64,000 nt of DNA from Minisyncoccota bacterium (GTDB lineage Bacteria; Patescibacteriota; Minisyncoccia; Phycocordibacterales; Phycocordibacteraceae), in contig JALHQL010000006.1 of the NCBI GenBank assembly GCA_022841985.1, positions 16 to 64,015 on the forward strand, given 5' to 3'. The position numbers and the translations under genes were made by a program. The notes below the pieces were generated by a model that did not search any database, was not told the DNA's origin, and worked only from the letters and a program-made list of their open reading frames with translations. Positions 18,063 to 28,452 of this stretch are shown piece after piece. Within the stretch, counting starts at the first letter, position 1, and each line of letters begins with the position of its first letter.

Positions 18063-20210
18063 TTATTTACGCGACGCAATAATATCTGCTGCGACATTAT
18101 TTGGAACAGTGTCGTAATGATCGAATTCCATTGTCATGCTTCCACGACCCTCGGTCATCGAGCGAAGAGTAGTAGTGTAGCCGAACATTTCGGAGAGCGG
18201 CACTTTGGCATTCACCACTTTATTCATGCCGCGCTCCTCCATACCTTCGATCTGTGCGCGCTTGCCCGAGAGGTTTCCGGTAATATCACCCATGAATTTA
18301 TCCGGAACGATAACCTCGACTCGCATAATCGGCTCAAGAATGACTGGCTTTGCTTTCTGTGCAGCTTCCTTGAATGCCATGGAAGCAGCAATTTTGAAGG
18401 CAATTTCTGAAGAGTCCACATCATGGAACGAGCCGTCGTAGAGATCGATAGAGACGTCCACCATCGGGAATCCGGCAAGGTGGCCGCGGGACATGGATTC
18501 GCGCATTCCCTTCTCCACAGCAGGAATATATTCCTGAGGAATAGCTCCTCCCTTGATGTTGTTGACGAATTCGAAATGATCCTCGCGCGTGATGTTCTTT
18601 GAAATCTTCGCACCTTCCTCAATCGGCTCCATCTTCTTCATCTTGATCTTCACGTGGCCGTACTGACCGCGACCGCCAGTCTGCTTAATGTACTTCCCTT
18701 CCGCTTCAGCTGATCCAAGTATCGTCTCGCGATATGCTACTTGTGGCTTTCCTACGTCTGCAACGACGTTGAATTCACGCTTCATGCGGTCGACGAGAAT
18801 TTCAAGGTGAAGTTCACCCATACCGGAAATGATAGTTTCGCCTGTCTCTTCGTCGGTCTTAATGCGGAATGTCGGATCTTCGTCCGCGAGTTTACGGAGC
18901 GCAACACCCATTTTCTCTTGGTCAGCCTTCGTCTTCGGCTCGATACGGAGCGACACCACCGGCTCAGGGAACTTGATCTCTTCAAGCACGATAGGGCTCG
19001 CTTCATCGCAGAGAGTATGCGATGTCTTTGTATCTTTAAGGCCTACAGCTGCAGCAATTTCACCAGTGAATACTTTCTCTACTTCTTCGCGCTTATTTGC
19101 TTGCAAGCGCACAATACGACCTACGCGCTCCTTGGAACCTGTTGTCGAATTATATATATACGAACCTGCAGAAAGTGTTCCTGCATAGACACGGAAGAAG
19201 GTCAGGGCACCGACGAATGGATCGGTCTGGAGCTTGAAGGCGAGCGCACAGAAAGGTTCGTCGTCAGACGCATGGCGCTCTATTGGTTCACCAGTCTTAG
19301 GATTTTTGCCGGTTGTTGGAGGAAGGTCGAGCGGTGAAGGCAAATAATCCACGACCGCATCAAGTACGAGTTGCACACCCTTGTTCTTAAGGGCACTTCC
19401 GCAATAGACCGGGAAGATTTCGTTTCCTATAACGGCCTTGCGCAGAATTTTCTTCAGTTCTTCGAGACTTGGTTCCTTGCCTTCAAGGTAGGCACCCATG
19501 GCTGCATCATCCTGCTCGACGATGCGTTCAATCAAAGCAGCCCGATATTTCTTTGCATCTTCGAGAAGTGCCGCTGGAATCTCACTCTCGACAACTTCCT
19601 GACCCATATTCCCTGAGAAGGAGTACGCCTTCATCGTAAGGAGGTCGACCATACCTTCATGTGCCGATTCTTCCCCGATAGGAATCTGCATGCGAATAGC
19701 TTTTGAGGAGAGGCGGTCGAGAATGGATGCATAGGAACGTTCAAACGATGCTCCCGTGCGATCGAGCTTGTTTATGAAACAGACACGTGGCACTTGTGCT
19801 TCATCAGCGTAACGCCAGTTGGTCTCAGACTGCGGTTCAACACCTGAGACACCGTCAAAGACAACAACCGCACCGTCCAAGACACGCATAGAACGCTTCA
19901 CTTCGGCAGTGAAATCAATATGTCCAGGAGTATCGATGACGTTGAAACGGTATTTCTTCGTCGGATCAACCTTATCCTTCTCATTCGTCTTCGCCCAGAA
20001 ACAAGTAATGGCGGCAGCCGTGATGGTAATACCCCGTTCACGTTCTTGCTCCATCCAATCGGTTGTCGTCTCACCTTCATGCACTTCACCTATCTTGTGC
20101 TGAGAGCCTGTGTAGAAAAGCACACGCTCGGAAGTCGTCGTCTTCCCTGCGTCGATGTGCGCGATGATGCCGAAATTACGAACTTTCTCGAGTGGATAAT
20201 CGCGATTCAT
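18063..20210 (-). CDS. fusA: elongation factor G
   Basis: [27 protein letters not shown]. 715 aa. Confidence 0.97.
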   Translation of the reverse strand: MNRDYPLEKVRNFGIIAHIDAGKTTTSERVLFYTGSQHKIGEVHEGETTTDWMEQERERGITITAAAITCFWAKTNEKDKVDPTKKYRFNVIDTPGHIDFTAEVKRSMRVLDGAVVVFDGVSGVEPQSETNWRYADEAQVPRVCFINKLDRTGASFERSYASILDRLSSKAIRMQIPIGEESAHEGMVDLLTMKAYSFSGNMGQEVVESEIPAALLEDAKKYRAALIERIVEQDDAAMGAYLEGKEPSLEELKKILRKAVIGNEIFPVYCGSALKNKGVQLVLDAVVDYLPSPLDLPPTTGKNPKTGEPIERHASDDEPFCALAFKLQTDPFVGALTFFRVYAGTLSAGSYIYNSTTGSKERVGRIVRLQANKREEVEKVFTGEIAAAVGLKDTKTSHTLCDEASPIVLEEIKFPEPVVSLRIEPKTKADQEKMGVALRKLADEDPTFRIKTDEETGETIISGMGELHLEILVDRMKREFNVVADVGKPQVAYRETILGSAEAEGKYIKQTGGRGQYGHVKIKMKKMEPIEEGAKISKNITREDHFEFVNNIKGGAIPQEYIPAVEKGMRESMSRGHLAGFPMVDVSIDLYDGSFHDVDSSEIAFKIAASMAFKEAAQKAKPVILEPIMRVEVIVPDKFMGDITGNLSGKRAQIEGMEERGMNKVVNAKVPLSEMFGYTTTLRSMTEGRGSMTMEFDHYDTVPNNVAADIIASRK

Positions 20211-20316
20211 AGGGTAAATAAAAAATAAAGCGCCGAGGCGTTAGAGTGAAGAATAGCCGAAAGCGCAAGAAAAGCAAAGGGGTGGATGAAATTTCATCCA
20301 CCCCTTGGAACGCATA

Positions 20317-20829
20317 TCATGCCTTCATATTTCTTAAAGAGCATAATTCAAAACGAACCTTGAGTCCTGACAATGCTCTTATGAGAGACTCTTTTACAGG
20401 ATTGGGTAACGATTCAGGGGAGATGACTGTGGCATCACATGCACACCCCATCTCACCCGTCACTTTGATAACTGCCAGGACCCATGATCCCATTATGGTT
20501 TCCGTCCATATTTCAGCGCGTGCTTTATCGGAGAAAAACCGAACATGCGCACCCTCATAGCCGTACTGACCCATCGAGTTCGCAAAGCCTTTCAACTTAC
20601 TACGAAAACGCAACACGTAGTAGGGACTTTTTGAATCCTCATACCTTTCATTTTCGCGCTTTTCCCATTCACAACAAGCAGAAAACGGAGATGAGCCAAC
20701 GCCAAATAGAGCTTTGAGACGTTCCCACCAGTTATCAACACATGTATTCCAACCTTCCGGTGGAAGATCGGATGGATCTAGAGGATTGAGTGGGAAAACC
20801 GGATGTTTGAAACGAAAACCAAACTTCAT
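20317..20829 (-). CDS. hypothetical protein B (170 aa), paralog of the adjacent 66-aa protein plus a C-terminal domain
   Basis: Shares PxxPLNPLDPSDLPPEGW...CCEWEKRE with 20826..21026. Start overlaps the stop of the upstream paralog (ATGA). Confidence 0.5.
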   Translation of the reverse strand: MKFGFRFKHPVFPLNPLDPSDLPPEGWNTCVDNWWERLKALFGVGSSPFSACCEWEKRENERYEDSKSPYYVLRFRSKLKGFANSMGQYGYEGAHVRFFSDKARAEIWTETIMGSWVLAVIKVTGEMGCACDATVISPESLPNPVKESLIRALSGLKVRFELCSLRNMKA

Positions 20830-21026
20830 ATCGAACCTCTTGTATGTCTCTTTCCCTCACGTTTTTGCCATTCACAGCAATCTACAAACAAGCCTGACCC
20901 AAAACCAAATAGGGCCCTGCGAAAATCCTGAGTATCAATGTCCGTTGCCCAACCTTCTGGTGGAGGATCGGATGAATCTAAAGGATTATATGGATCAACT
21001 GGCAACGTGAAAGCAAATCCGCGCAT
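20826..21026 (-). CDS. hypothetical small protein A (66 aa) with the PLDxSDxPPEGW / CCEWxKRE motif
   Basis: Strong AAAGGAGG Shine-Dalgarno upstream (revcomp of 21030-21045). Located between the rpsG terminator and fusA. Confidence 0.5.
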   Translation of the reverse strand: MRGFAFTLPVDPYNPLDSSDPPPEGWATDIDTQDFRRALFGFGSGLFVDCCEWQKREGKRHTRGSI

Positions 21027-21079
21027 AGTGAGACCTCCTTTTTATATATGAACTTCCAACATGGACAGTACCAGAGATG

Positions 21080-21117
21080 CAACAAAAACAAAAACGCCCC
21101 GTACGGGGCGTTTTTTA
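21080..21117. terminator. rho-independent terminator after rpsL-rpsG
   Basis: aaaacgccccgtacggggcgttttttatt. On the minus strand the hairpin is followed by tttttgtttttg. Confidence 0.65.
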
Positions 21118-21212
21118 TTCTATAAAAACTACTACCAAGCGAGTGAGGGGAGAATGAAATTCCTATTTGATTCTCCCGAACGAGCGCAGGGAGCAAGCTC
21201 GGCTCTGCGAGC

Positions 21213-21677
21213 TTACCAAGCGAAGTGAGCGAAGGCCTTGTTGGCATCGGCCATACGGTGCATCTCGTCCTTCTTCTTGATCGCATCGCCTTCATTTTTT
21301 GCAGCCAGAAGGAACTCGGCAGCAAGCTTCTCCGCCATCGGCTTACCTTTCTTTGCACGAGCGGCATTGATGAGCCAACGGAACGAAAGTGCAAGACGAC
21401 GGCTCTGTGGGACTTCGCGAGGAACTTGATAGTTTGCACCCCCGACACGGCGAGAGCGGACTTCCATCAAAGGCGAGACATTGCGGAGCGCCGCTTCAAA
21501 AGTTTCAAGCGGATTTTCACCACCCTTCTCTATCGTAGCGAGTGCATCATAGACAACGGCACGAGCAGTATCCTTCTTGCCGTCCCACATGACAGCGTTG
21601 ATAAAACGAGTGAGTGTTTCCGACCCGTACTTAAGGTCGGCACGCCAGACACGCTTCTTTTTGAGAGGTCGGCGCAT
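21213..21677 (-). CDS. rpsG: 30S ribosomal protein S7
   Basis: KKDTARAVVYDALATIEK...SRRVGGANYQVPREV. Confidence 0.95.
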   Translation of the reverse strand: MRRPLKKKRVWRADLKYGSETLTRFINAVMWDGKKDTARAVVYDALATIEKGGENPLETFEAALRNVSPLMEVRSRRVGGANYQVPREVPQSRRLALSFRWLINAARAKKGKPMAEKLAAEFLLAAKNEGDAIKKKDEMHRMADANKAFAHFAW

Positions 21678-21679
21678 AC

Positions 21680-22093
21680 TTATTTAGCGGATGGACGCTT
21701 AGCGCCGTATCGGGAACGAGAACGACGACGTTTCTCAAGACCGCTCGTATCGAGCTTGCCGCGCACGATAGTGTACTGAACGCCGATGTCCTTCACGCGA
21801 CCTCCACGAAGTAGCACGACCGAGTGTTCCTGAAGATTATGGCCCTCGCCCGGAATGTAGGCGGATACTTCCATGCCATTGGTCAGACGGACACGGGCGA
21901 TCTTACGAATAGCGGAGTTCGGTTTCCTCGGAGTCTTTGTCGTCACCTTTGTGCACACACCACGCTTGAATGGCGATGCGTAGTAGGTCGGACGATTCTT
22001 GAGTGCATTAAAACCACGTGCAAGAGCCGGCACGGTCGTCTTGCGTGTCCGGTCTTTACGACCTCTCTTGGAGAGTTGATTGATGGTGGCCAT
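21680..22093 (-). CDS. rpsL: 30S ribosomal protein S12
   Basis: [12 protein letters not shown]...[51 protein letters not shown]. Confidence 0.97.
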   Translation of the reverse strand: MATINQLSKRGRKDRTRKTTVPALARGFNALKNRPTYYASPFKRGVCTKVTTKTPRKPNSAIRKIARVRLTNGMEVSAYIPGEGHNLQEHSVVLLRGGRVKDIGVQYTIVRGKLDTSGLEKRRRSRSRYGAKRPSAK

Positions 22094-22236
22094 GTGAGAT
22101 AAAAGAAGACCCGAGGTGGGTCAAGAGCAATATAAAGGAATCCTGAGAGAAACGCAACTCTCCTGCCCATACTTCCCTACTGGAATCGGGCAGAATGCAC
22201 GTCCGCTTTGCGAAAGGAATGGCGAGACGCCCTGTT

Positions 22237-23316
22237 TTACTTCTCATCGATTGGTTCGCGGTAAGGATCGATGGAGTATGACTTCGCCGGCTCTACCGGA
22301 GATTTGGGAGCGGCAGACGCGGGGACAGTAGGAGAAATCGGTTGTGGCTGAAGCGGCGGGACGATGGCTTTTATTGTAGGAGTGGCGGGTGTAGCTTGGA
22401 TTGGGGGAATGATGCGATTCATTCCTTCGGGGTGCCGTGTAGCAAAAGATTCGGGGACAGATTGCATTTTAGGAGCAGTAGGCAAGGTACCCACAGAAGG
22501 AGAAATGCGGACTGGTTGAGATTCCGGGATGAGAGGCTTAACTTTTGAAACGACAGGGATTGTATTCGATGACGGAGTTACGGGCATCGGAACTTTATTA
22601 AAAGCTATATGCGGCTCTTCGTGATCCGCAAGCCGCTTGCTGCTATCGAACTGTTTTGGAGGTGTCATCATGAAAGATCGTCCGGGCGGAATATTGGAAG
22701 CAGATGTTTTACTCGGCAGCTTACTTGGCGATGAAACTATCAAGTTGATGCCTCCGGAAGACTGAGGCGGTCGAACGATGTTTTTCTGCGGGACACTGAT
22801 AGGAACATTCGACGGAATGTCACGCTTTGGGATGCTTGAGAAACTAGCGGCAGGAGTAGCGAGAGGAAATTTATTTATTGGAGGAGAATATGTGGGAGAC
22901 TGCAGCGGCGGCGCGTAATTTTTTTCACGAGTAGGTATAGCTGCTGGCGTGACAGCCGCCGGCCTTGCCGGCGGCGCAGCATTCATTCCCCCGCTCCTCA
23001 TCTGCTCTCGTAGCGGCACAAAAATCTGCGTATTTATATCCTGGGCAATATTTTCTATTGTTTTTTTATCGAGTTTTGCTTCTTCAGCGAGCGCTTGAGT
23101 AAATTCAGTAGGATTCTCAATACCCATCAAAAGCAGCATCATTTCTCTCTCAAGAATTCCCCCTTGATCAATACGGAGATTGTATTTAGTTATCAGACTT
23201 TTCGCGACCTCTGTATACTTCCCCTGCGAAAGATAGTTACGTATGATTGGAGGCAAAGTTCGCATCACTTCTTTGATGCTTTCCTCGAGGGTTAAACTTG
23301 ATTGGTCTTGATTCAT
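22237..23316 (-). CDS. hypothetical protein, about 110-aa N-terminal domain then a long Pro-rich low-complexity region
   Basis: Last gene of a four-gene minus-strand operon (28347 to 22237). No catalytic motifs. Confidence 0.45.
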   Translation of the reverse strand: MNQDQSSLTLEESIKEVMRTLPPIIRNYLSQGKYTEVAKSLITKYNLRIDQGGILEREMMLLLMGIENPTEFTQALAEEAKLDKKTIENIAQDINTQIFVPLREQMRSGGMNAAPPARPAAVTPAAIPTREKNYAPPLQSPTYSPPINKFPLATPAASFSSIPKRDIPSNVPISVPQKNIVRPPQSSGGINLIVSSPSKLPSKTSASNIPPGRSFMMTPPKQFDSSKRLADHEEPHIAFNKVPMPVTPSSNTIPVVSKVKPLIPESQPVRISPSVGTLPTAPKMQSVPESFATRHPEGMNRIIPPIQATPATPTIKAIVPPLQPQPISPTVPASAAPKSPVEPAKSYSIDPYREPIDEK

Positions 23317-23327
23317 AGCGGTATCGA

Positions 23328-25379
23328 TTAGTGTGGTTTCTCTTCGGGTTTATCCTTTTTTTCAGGTTTATTTTCTTTTCCTGGCTCCTCTGGTTCTTCA
23401 GCTTTAACAAGATCTTTAACTTTTTTCCATTTATCTTCCTTCTTCAAAGCATCCTTGATAATTTTATTTGCCGCAAGCGACCCGCCAGGACCGAACACAA
23501 AAGAACTTAGTAAGGATCCTTTCACATTTTCTGCATAGGCTACCTGAAACGCTTTCTTTTCTTTGGAAATATTTCCGGTCACTTTTTTCTCATTTTCCTC
23601 CGCCTCTTTAAGCGGCTTGTTTATCGTCTCAAGAGTATCTTTAATCGTCTTAAGTTCTTGACGCGCAGCGGTGAGTTTCTGTTTGGTCTCCTCATCTCTC
23701 CGAACTCGTTCCGGACCAACAATAGTGGAGCTTGAATTTTGTTTTTCTTCTTTTTCAAGATCCTCTACTGTCTTTATTTGTTTTTTTATTTTCTCTTCAA
23801 TATCTTCACCTCCCCTTGATTTGAATTTTGCTTTTTCGTCTGAAACAACTTTTTCTGCTTCTGAACGTATCTTCATCACTCCCGCGACCTCTTTTGCTTT
23901 GCGAGTATCGATATCTTCACCGACAGACTTTATGTATGCTTGGTGCGCCTTGACTGATTTGTCCTGCTGGCCTCGATAACCTCCTTCCTGCGCGGCTCCA
24001 GGATTTATTTTTCCGTCCGAAAGATTCTGAATTACCCCGGTGCTCCGTACATCATAATTGGCCTTCGCACCGTACGTAAGAGTTCCACTCACAGCACGGC
24101 CAATTACCGGAACTCGCGCAAGTTTACTCGAACTAAATCGTCTCGATGCTGCGTTAAATCCTAACCCGGCCGTAGAACGCATACCGGCAGCCGCGAGACC
24201 AAATGAGAGCTTGCCGGCGGTTTTCATCGCCCAATCGCCGCCGATGGCACCCAATTTCTTCGAGAAATACGTGACGGCAAGAAGAAGTCCCATCGCGACG
24301 GAGAAGGAGAGGAGCATACTCGCAAGTCCAGGCAAATTAAAACCTCCGCTTGTCTGAATAAACCCTAGATAATCAGGCTTGGGGCCGAACCGCAGGAAGC
24401 TTGGATCGGTAATAATCGCAAGAGCTATATAGAGCAAAAGGAGTAAAATCGGCGCAGTAATAGTCTGTTTAATAAGCGTATCCCACCACATCTGCGACGT
24501 AGAAGCGAGTTGCGGCACTGCCCATCCTGCAAAACCTATGGGCGAGAGAAGAATGAGGAAGATGAGCACAATAAAACGCACGATGAGTATAAACGCGAGC
24601 GAGAACATCACGAAGGCAGCAACGATAAAGAGCAAGATGCCTAGCATGCCGATGAACATAATATTGTCGCCCTGAAATACCGGTATGGTGTTATTACGAG
24701 CCGCTCCATATAAATTAGCCAATCCAAGATTGGACATGATTTTTTGCGAGATAACTTCATTTGAAATGGAAGACCCTGCTGACCCGGCCTGTGTCAATAC
24801 ATCCCCGCCTGACACAGAAAGTGTTGATCCCGGCATCTGACCACCGTTTATCTGCTTATAAAACTGTGTGGCGAAGAGATTGCCCGCGTCAATAATCGCC
24901 GAAGTCGCGAAAAGTGAAAAATTCATAAATACGGCGGCGATAATCAACATCGGAATCATCTTTTTTCCACCACCATACCAATCCACGTTTAATATGGTGG
25001 TTATGCCGATAGCGAGAAAGCCGAATATGAGCAAAATGTTTCCGATGTCACGCAAGATGCGCCAAGCGACGCCAACCGCCTGAAGTTCTTTCACATACTC
25101 CCCCATTTTAACGACGGTGTAGAACACTGCGTAATCGAGCGTTACCATCGCAATGCCCAAGAGCCAGGCAAAAATGCTCATGATCTTTTGCATGACGGTA
25201 CCAATTACATTATCTGCGGAAGCGCCAAAACTAAGTGGTATTTCTTCAGAAACATCATTTGTGGGTGCTTGTTCGATAGCTGGAGGAGACGTCTGTGCAT
25301 ACGCGGCGGGCACTAAAGCGCCCGCCGCGCTTATGATAAGAGCGAGAGAGATGCCCGAAATGGTTAAGAATCGTCGCAT
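23328..25379 (-). CDS. polytopic membrane protein (signal peptide, several TM segments, Lys/Glu-rich C-terminal tail). Topology resembles TrbL/VirB6-like proteins.
   Basis: MRRFLTISGISLALIISAAGALVPAAYAQ, then multiple hydrophobic segments, then a KE-rich tail. The family assignment is inference only. Confidence 0.45.
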   Translation of the reverse strand: MRRFLTISGISLALIISAAGALVPAAYAQTSPPAIEQAPTNDVSEEIPLSFGASADNVIGTVMQKIMSIFAWLLGIAMVTLDYAVFYTVVKMGEYVKELQAVGVAWRILRDIGNILLIFGFLAIGITTILNVDWYGGGKKMIPMLIIAAVFMNFSLFATSAIIDAGNLFATQFYKQINGGQMPGSTLSVSGGDVLTQAGSAGSSISNEVISQKIMSNLGLANLYGAARNNTIPVFQGDNIMFIGMLGILLFIVAAFVMFSLAFILIVRFIVLIFLILLSPIGFAGWAVPQLASTSQMWWDTLIKQTITAPILLLLLYIALAIITDPSFLRFGPKPDYLGFIQTSGGFNLPGLASMLLSFSVAMGLLLAVTYFSKKLGAIGGDWAMKTAGKLSFGLAAAGMRSTAGLGFNAASRRFSSSKLARVPVIGRAVSGTLTYGAKANYDVRSTGVIQNLSDGKINPGAAQEGGYRGQQDKSVKAHQAYIKSVGEDIDTRKAKEVAGVMKIRSEAEKVVSDEKAKFKSRGGEDIEEKIKKQIKTVEDLEKEEKQNSSSTIVGPERVRRDEETKQKLTAARQELKTIKDTLETINKPLKEAEENEKKVTGNISKEKKAFQVAYAENVKGSLLSSFVFGPGGSLAANKIIKDALKKEDKWKKVKDLVKAEEPEEPGKENKPEKKDKPEEKPH

Positions 25380-25381
25380 AT

Positions 25382-27316
25382 TTAAGGGCCGAAACTGCTA
25401 GATGTAGCCACAGGGGCAGTGCAGACCGATCGAAGCGCAACTGCATTTGCACTGATGAGATTCAGTCGGTCAATAAGGAAACTTCCTGAGACTGCAAGAG
25501 AGCCGGGCGGATTTGCCGCCGCAGTCGTTTCAAAGGATGTCACCGAATCCTGTTGTGCTGTTGCAAGATCAGTAAGTGTTGGCGGCATGGTCCGAAGCGT
25601 CTCCAAGTCGGCAGCATACTCGGCGGCAGCTGCGTCAGTGTCCGAGTATCCGCCTTGTATCTTCTGTACCAATGCGCGAGCAGCGGTAATGGCCGTGGAG
25701 GCTGAGTCTATTTTCGAGATGGTCGGAGCTATGTGTGTTGTGAGTGCGTTCTGTGCAGCATTTATTTGAGCGGTACTGATGCTCATAAAATCTGTGAGAG
25801 TTATTTGATTCGTGGAATTTGTTGATGGTGCACCACCAATCGCCAATGTGCTTGAGGCGATTAGTTGCTGAGCGACACAGTACTGTATAAGGGATGCAAC
25901 ACTCGTTGATGCAGTGTTCGCAGGGCCCCGGATAATCTGTATAGCTGACTCATACTGTGCTACGCGATCCAACATATTAGAACCGGAGAACGGAAGTGCC
26001 GCAGCACCTGATAACACCGTCGAGTTTGTAGAGCCTAAGTTACCTGATGAATTTGCATACGCCTGAAGGCCAGACCTATTTTGTCCCGGGGTAGGAGTGT
26101 CAACCCCGAGGAGGCCGCCGGAACCGGGACCGCCAAGGATTTGTGATGCAAATTGCACTGTTTTCAAGACTTCTGCCATGTTGGATAAAATTTGATTGAT
26201 TTGCGGGCCAACATTTCCCATACGGACGACATTGTCCTGTTGGCCGCCAAGCGCCTTATTGAGGCCCGCCACAATAACTGAACCCGGTGTCTTGATTGTG
26301 CCCGTCGTACCGTCAGCATTCGTACAGGGATCTCCAGGAGTAACTCCGAGAGAAGTGTTGCCGGCGTTTGCCGCTCTGGCGCGATTAAAAGCATCGGATT
26401 TTGCGGCAGCAGAAGCAGCCAGAGCGAGCTCAACTGCCCCAGACTCGTTACCAGCAGCAACGGCAGCATTGTAGGCCTGATCATAGGCATCATTGGCTGC
26501 CTGATCGATGGCAGCGGCATGTGCGCCAGAAACGGCGCCCGTCGACATTGAGCCAAGGAAGCCGTCACTGCTGCCACACCACGATACGAAACCGTCGCCG
26601 TGTGCAAGGTCTTTGAGACGCGCACCTGTAGCGCCGCCCACGCCTGGACCAATGAGTGCCGCGAGCTGGTTCTGCGTTGCCGGGTAAACCATGTATGGAT
26701 TATTTTGAACTTGGGTCGTAAGAGCAAACCACGCTCCAACGCCCCCAAGTCTCCAATTACCATTAAGGTAGCCGGTGATGTTCGGTGATGTTCTCCGGAG
26801 TGTATCCATATTTTGAGCCCAGAACCCGGCAAGACTTGTTTTATTTAAGTATTCCTTACTCAATTGAGATATGATCGCCGTATTCCATGGCGATCGTGAA
26901 CTGCGTACATATTGGTCAAAAAACGCGAGCGTGTGCGTATCTGACACTGTCTGTAAAGATGTTTGTATGTCCGCCACAAACTGCGGAATACCCGTGCCAT
27001 TGGCCTTGCCAATCACGAAGGCTATAGTACCCGCGGTCATCATCTTTAGCAGATTCCCTGATAGGACGAAAGCGAGCGGCTGAAGAACATACGCGTTGAT
27101 CTGAAGCGCGATGAGTGCAGCATCGGAGGTGACAGCCGCAATAGAACTAATAGACTCCTTAACGACACTTATGGTATTTGCAACGAGGTTGCTAGGGTCT
27201 AAAACAGTAGAGAAGAATGCGTGCGCAGGTTTTGGCGCAACGAAAAATGCCGAGGGCATAATGAGCACAACGGTAAGGAGTATCGTAAGGGCCTTACTAA
27301 AAAGACGCGATTTCAT
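25382..27316 (-). CDS. large secreted Ala/Gly/Ser-rich protein
   Basis: Signal peptide MKSRLFSKALTILLTVVLIMPSAFFVAPKPAHA. Translationally coupled to its neighbours. Confidence 0.45.
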   Translation of the reverse strand: MKSRLFSKALTILLTVVLIMPSAFFVAPKPAHAFFSTVLDPSNLVANTISVVKESISSIAAVTSDAALIALQINAYVLQPLAFVLSGNLLKMMTAGTIAFVIGKANGTGIPQFVADIQTSLQTVSDTHTLAFFDQYVRSSRSPWNTAIISQLSKEYLNKTSLAGFWAQNMDTLRRTSPNITGYLNGNWRLGGVGAWFALTTQVQNNPYMVYPATQNQLAALIGPGVGGATGARLKDLAHGDGFVSWCGSSDGFLGSMSTGAVSGAHAAAIDQAANDAYDQAYNAAVAAGNESGAVELALAASAAAKSDAFNRARAANAGNTSLGVTPGDPCTNADGTTGTIKTPGSVIVAGLNKALGGQQDNVVRMGNVGPQINQILSNMAEVLKTVQFASQILGGPGSGGLLGVDTPTPGQNRSGLQAYANSSGNLGSTNSTVLSGAAALPFSGSNMLDRVAQYESAIQIIRGPANTASTSVASLIQYCVAQQLIASSTLAIGGAPSTNSTNQITLTDFMSISTAQINAAQNALTTHIAPTISKIDSASTAITAARALVQKIQGGYSDTDAAAAEYAADLETLRTMPPTLTDLATAQQDSVTSFETTAAANPPGSLAVSGSFLIDRLNLISANAVALRSVCTAPVATSSSFGP

Positions 27317-28347
27317 GGCTTCTTCGTGACCTGCTGACTTGCAGCAATGTCCAGTATCAAATTCACGAAAGAAGCACCCGGGGAACCAGAAGGAAGAGAA
27401 ATGCCAGCGGTCTTATATATCTCGCCGATATGTATAAATGCATTACCGAGATTAAGCACTGCCTGCGGGTACTGCTTTAACGCAAGAATTGTTACCAGAG
27501 GATCATCATTCACCTTAGCGAAGTCGGAGGCAATTTGGCTCATACGCATCATCGCATTAACAAGTGCGAGATTCTCCCCAGCAATCTCTGTAGGTACGCG
27601 AAGTACAGAAAGCCCAATCGCCGAGTCTCTATATACTTTCGAAATTGAGGCGACATGCGAAAGTGCTGCCGTATCATTATTTTCAACTGCTCGTTTTAGA
27701 TAATGTATCTCGCTTGTTGTTGCAGTACTCATATTTTTCATGAGCACTGCTTCTGCCTTTATGGCAAATTCTTTAAGCGCCTCTGGACCTGACCCTGCAA
27801 CTACGAGATCTTTTGCTGATTTGAAATCGGGTGCGACATCCATAAATGCTGAAATCGAACTCAATGCCTCGTCGGCAACACTCTGCATTTCGCTTTCAGA
27901 GAGATCTGCTCCGCCGTTCGCCTTTTTCGCTTTGACGAAGAGCGCAAAGAAAGTCTTTGCGAAGGTGTCAGTGAGCGTCCCTTCTTTTGGCGCGGGAGGG
28001 AGACCGTCTGAATCGAGAGAAGATGGAGAGGTGTCTGTTGTAGGAATGTCAGCAACCGAAAGCGGCACAATGAGCCCCCGAGAAACCGCCTCGCCATCGG
28101 TCATACCGAGATTTGAAGTGTCGATGACGCGTGGATCAGTGCCGTATAACGCCTCTTCCCAATCAGAAAGGCCGTCTCCGTCTGAATCCTTCGTTGCAAT
28201 GGCTTGGAGAAGCGCCGACTCGGTGGACGCACTGACTGTCGAAGGCGATTCAATACCGCGCACGATGACATATACACTAGCAAGAAGCGCTACCGAGAAG
28301 AGTGTTGCAGCGAGCGTACGCCAATTTTCAATAATTCTTTCCTTCAT
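27313..28347 (-). CDS. membrane-anchored protein with a thrombospondin type-3-like Ca-binding repeat
   Basis: N-terminal TM segment, DSDGDGLSDWEEALYGTDP (TSP3-type DxDGDG motif). Confidence 0.45.
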   Translation of the reverse strand: MKERIIENWRTLAATLFSVALLASVYVIVRGIESPSTVSASTESALLQAIATKDSDGDGLSDWEEALYGTDPRVIDTSNLGMTDGEAVSRGLIVPLSVADIPTTDTSPSSLDSDGLPPAPKEGTLTDTFAKTFFALFVKAKKANGGADLSESEMQSVADEALSSISAFMDVAPDFKSAKDLVVAGSGPEALKEFAIKAEAVLMKNMSTATTSEIHYLKRAVENNDTAALSHVASISKVYRDSAIGLSVLRVPTEIAGENLALVNAMMRMSQIASDFAKVNDDPLVTILALKQYPQAVLNLGNAFIHIGEIYKTAGISLPSGSPGASFVNLILDIAASQQVTKKP

Positions 28348-28452
28348 AGCGTCATCCCAAAGTATAGCAGTCCTAGCTGGAAAAGAAGTGACTATATCCT
28401 CAAATAAGTGTACATCCGAACTATCTCAAGGTTTTTTGTGAAGGTCAGACCT

